From: a virus
Lineage: Duplodnaviria; Caudoviricetes
DNA length: 27,818 nucleotides
Strand: one strand, 5' to 3'
Virus record (IMG/VR): IMGVR_UViG_3300033475_000125
Coordinates: 1-27,818 of that record
Part shown: positions 25,459-27,818 of the stretch, one piece after another
How the letters are laid out: each line of letters starts with the position of its first letter
How positions within the stretch are numbered: position 1 is the stretch's first letter
Notes under the pieces: model-generated
Databases searched by the model: none
The model's input: the letters and a program-made list of their open reading frames with translations, nothing else
Told to the model about the DNA's origin: nothing
Translations under genes and position numbers: made by a program

Positions 25459-25565
25459 CGGACAAAAACCGCCGGACGGGGAGGAAAGCCGCCCGGCGGA
25501 GTTGACCCGCGGCAGCGACGCGGGATCACCGACGCACGCAACCACGCCGGCAACGCGGTGCTCAT
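25455..25565 (-). CDS. 36-aa mini-ORF coupled to cro and gcrA
   Basis: MSTALPAWLRASVIPRRCRGSTPPGGFPPRPAVFVR; ATGA overlap with the cro stop and GTGA overlap with the gcrA start. Confidence 0.45.
   Translation of the reverse strand: MSTALPAWLRASVIPRRCRGSTPPGGFPPRPAVFVR
25464..25499 (-). terminator. Intrinsic terminator-like hairpin (tR1-like position)
   Basis: Minus strand CCGCCGGGCGG-ctttcctcc-CCGTCCGGCGG-TTTTT: 11-bp stem with one G-U pair, then U5. Confidence 0.7.
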
Positions 25566-25771
25566 GCAGCCTCCTCCTTTTTCGGCGTCTGCCGAACGAG
25601 GTGCTGGATGTCCTCAACCTGGAGCCCGAGGACGTGACATACTTGGAACATTCGCCCGGGCGGAATCCGGCCGTCCCGGCGCCAGTCACAGATCGTCGGG
25701 TGCGAGACGCCCAGCCGCTGCGCGAAAGCGTTGACGCCGCCGCCCAGCTTAATCAGCGTTGTTACGTCCAT
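25562..25771 (-). CDS. cro: Cro-like HTH repressor
   Basis: LIKLGGGVNAFAQRLGVSHPTICDWRRDGRIP; divergent from the cI-like gene. Confidence 0.85.
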   Translation of the reverse strand: MDVTTLIKLGGGVNAFAQRLGVSHPTICDWRRDGRIPPGRMFQVCHVLGLQVEDIQHLVRQTPKKEEAA

Positions 25772-25777
25772 CCCGCC

Positions 25778-25807
25778 ATTGTTGGGCACGCCAACTCTGC
25801 GCGTCAA
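25778..25807 (-). promoter_or_regulatory. PR-like promoter with overlapping operator GTTGG-N5-CCAAC (25781-25795)
   Basis: Minus strand TTGACG-CGCAGA-GTTGG-CGTGC-CCAAC-AAT. Confidence 0.8.
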
Positions 25808-25876
25808 TGCCCTATTGCGCCGCGGCGCGGTAGCCTATACCAACATGGGGCGGGATAACAGAAATTGTCGTTTGTC

Positions 25877-26239
25877 ATGAGCATGAAGAAAGCCACGCTC
25901 GCTCAACGCCTAAAAACGTTACGAAGTCGGCGGCCTAAATTAAGAGCCGATGACGTCGCGGCGACGGTTGGGATAAGCCGGGCTTATCTTAGCGCCATTG
26001 AAAATGGGCATGACCTTCCCGGGCGCGATGTCCTCGCGCGGCTTGCCGAATATTACGAGGTTTCCTCCGAATTTTTGCTTTATGGCCGCGATGCCAAACA
26101 GCAGGGTGAGCTCGTGGAAGATCCCGACGAACTGGCCCTTTTGGACTTCTGGCGCAGCCTCCATTCGGAGTACCGGCCGGTCGTCCTGAAGATGCTGGCC
26201 GCAGCGGCCGGGTCCGTTGCGAACGACGCTGCGGCCTGA
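25877..26239 (+). CDS. CI-like XRE HTH repressor without peptidase domain
   Basis: LAQRLKTLR.....DVAATVGISRAYLSAIENG...PG...L.RLA.YY.VS.EFLLYG; start ATG 25877 or 25883. Confidence 0.88.
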   Translation: MSMKKATLAQRLKTLRSRRPKLRADDVAATVGISRAYLSAIENGHDLPGRDVLARLAEYYEVSSEFLLYGRDAKQQGELVEDPDELALLDFWRSLHSEYRPVVLKMLAAAAGSVANDAAA

Positions 26240-26329
26240 CAGCGGGATAATCTCCGCGCCTCCGCCGTTCGCCAAACCTGGCGATCCCATCCCGATTCGG
26301 CTCCACAATACGGTTGCATCAGTAATCGA

Positions 26330-26359
26330 TTGACGCGGGGTGTTGGAACGGCCAACCTT
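26330..26359 (+). promoter_or_regulatory. PL-like promoter with overlapping operator GTTGG-N5-CCAAC (26342-26356)
   Basis: TTGACG-CGGGGT-GTTGG-AACGG-CCAAC-CTT, the same layout as the PR-like unit. Confidence 0.8.
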
Positions 26360-26502
26360 GGGCACGTCCGCCCCAAGGCAACCGAAATGCCAAATCACCG
26401 ACCTCCTCCCCTGCGTTCGGGTAAGCAGCAATATTGCTCCTCTCGATCATGTCAACGCAATAGTGGTCAGGTCCTCCGACCGGCAAAAATTGCACGGCAT
26501 TC

Positions 26503-26859
26503 ATGAGCGGCAACCGGGAATTGCGCAAATACAACACGGTATGTCCGCCGCTATTCACCGAGGTTGGACGAACCGACGCGGACGGCGATCCGGTGGTTGT
26601 TGAAGTTGCAGTGTTCTTCTGCATCGATGCCTATTGGCCCGGATATCCGGCTCGTCTCGGCGACGATCCGACTCGTTGCTGGCCGGCGGAACCGGCGGAA
26701 TACGATTTGTCGTTTGTCACAGCAGAAATTACCGAACGCTTCGGCGATCACGCGCCGTTGAACTATGCGGAACTGGTAACGTTACATACGTGGTTCGACC
26801 ACCACTATGATGATGCATGCGAGGTGGCGGCAAACTTTCGCGCAGCGGAGGACGGATGA
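26503..26859 (+). CDS. Hypothetical acidic early protein
   Basis: PGYPARL..DP..CWPAEPAE motif; ATGA-coupled downstream. Confidence 0.65.
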   Translation: MSGNRELRKYNTVCPPLFTEVGRTDADGDPVVVEVAVFFCIDAYWPGYPARLGDDPTRCWPAEPAEYDLSFVTAEITERFGDHAPLNYAELVTLHTWFDHHYDDACEVAANFRAAEDG

Positions 26860-27050
26860 TGGGGACATATCTTGCCGATACCATTCGCGCCATCGCCAGC
26901 AGCGGAGACCGCCTGGCGCTGCGCCGCCTCTTTGACATCGCCGACCAAGTACAGCGGATGGAGGTCTGCGTCGATCAGATCGTTGGCCAGGCAGAGGCCC
27001 ACATGATCACTCGGCCGATGCCGCGCCGCCGGGGAGAACGTCGCCCATGA
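26856..27050 (+). CDS. Hypothetical early protein
   Basis: GGAGG SD; ATGA coupling at both ends. Confidence 0.6.
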   Translation: MMGTYLADTIRAIASSGDRLALRRLFDIADQVQRMEVCVDQIVGQAEAHMITRPMPRRRGERRP

Positions 27051-27574
27051 AGCCGCCGACCATACAGCAGGTTCAGCACGTGGTCAGTCTCGCCCTCGCC
27101 GCGGTCTCCCGGCTGCGCGAGGAGCACGGCCTGGTGCTTGATACCGAAGATGAGGTGATAGACGCCCTTGCCGAAGAGGGTATCGCCGCGGACGCGGTGC
27201 TGCGCCGCCTGGTCCGCGCCATCCTCGATGCGAAAGCCGACGCCCAGGCGGCCGACGCCCGGATCGAGGACCTGCGCGCCAGGCGCAACCGCTTTCGCCA
27301 CCGGGAGGAGGTCTACCGCGCCACGCTGGCGGCCTCGTTTGAGACGCTGGGCTGGCGCCGCTTCAACGACGCGGAGGCGTCCGTATACGTCACCGAAGGC
27401 CGCCCCAAGGTTGTCATAACCGACGAGCATGCCGTCCCGCGCACGCTCATGGAAACCACCGTCATCCACACGCCGGACAAGGGCCGCATCCTCGATGCGC
27501 TGCAACGCGGCGAGACCGTGCCCGGCGCGGCGCTGGCCAATCCGGCGCCAATCGTTACCATCAGGAGTAGATAA
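27047..27574 (+). CDS. Siphovirus Gp157-like protein
   Basis: Coiled-coil, then VVITDEHAVP...PDK..I..AL..GE.VPGA.L.N....V.IR. Confidence 0.85.
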   Translation: MKPPTIQQVQHVVSLALAAVSRLREEHGLVLDTEDEVIDALAEEGIAADAVLRRLVRAILDAKADAQAADARIEDLRARRNRFRHREEVYRATLAASFETLGWRRFNDAEASVYVTEGRPKVVITDEHAVPRTLMETTVIHTPDKGRILDALQRGETVPGAALANPAPIVTIRSR

Positions 27575-27818
27575 TGCCGCCCGCTACCAGCCTGACGACC
27601 GCGGCTTCCCGCGGGCCGGATATCCAGCCGGTGTTGATCCCGCGCACATTCGATCAACTCGTTACATTCTCGGAGATGGCCGCCGCCTCCGAGCTGGTGC
27701 CAAAGGACTATCGCAACAAGCCAGCCAACGTCATGATCGCGGTGCAGATGGGATCGGAGCTGGGGTTATCGCCCATGCAGGCAATCCAGTCGATCGCCGT
27801 CATCAACGGCAGGCCAGG
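27574..27818 (+). CDS. RecT-like single-strand annealing protein (partial)
   Basis: TAATG-coupled; A.SELVPKDYRNKPANVMIAVQMG.ELGLSPMQAIQSIAVINGRP. Confidence 0.8.
   Translation, partial: MPPATSLTTAASRGPDIQPVLIPRTFDQLVTFSEMAAASELVPKDYRNKPANVMIAVQMGSELGLSPMQAIQSIAVINGRP

Larger units (their letters stand above)
1..27818. mobile_element. Temperate P22-like phage/prophage segment (early, replication, packaging, head and tail modules)
   Basis: Lambdoid gene order cI/cro - replication - terS/terL - portal - scaffold - coat - gp4 - gp10 - tail. No host genes seen. Confidence 0.95.

Overview
GC-rich segment of a temperate P22-like (podoviral) phage or prophage. The host is probably an alphaproteobacterium, inferred from GcrA-, DUF6362- and DUF3489-like genes. 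No integrase, att site or host genes are visible, so prophage versus free phage cannot be decided. From right to left: an early + strand operon (Gp157-like, RecT-like); a lambdoid cI/cro switch with two mirror-image promoter/operator units; a - strand operon with GcrA, a PAPS-reductase-like enzyme, VRR-NUC nuclease, an HTH replication initiator with iterons, DUF6362 and many small ORFs; then ParB-methyltransferase, terS, terL, portal, scaffold, P22-type coat, gp4, gp10 and several tail genes. The most unusual features are: (1) gp10 is split into two coupled genes, its conserved C-terminal ~70 aa carried at the end of a ~400-aa HAF-repeat propeller; (2) a modular ADP-ribosyltransferase-like protein is encoded right after the portal; (3) a tail-module glycine-rich protein has a Sec signal peptide and paired cysteines; (4) several antisense genes, a 22-bp phased repeat array and a structured coat leader interrupt the head module; (5) an attenuator-like terminator lies inside a mini-ORF between cro and gcrA. 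All family calls are from motif recognition, with no database search.
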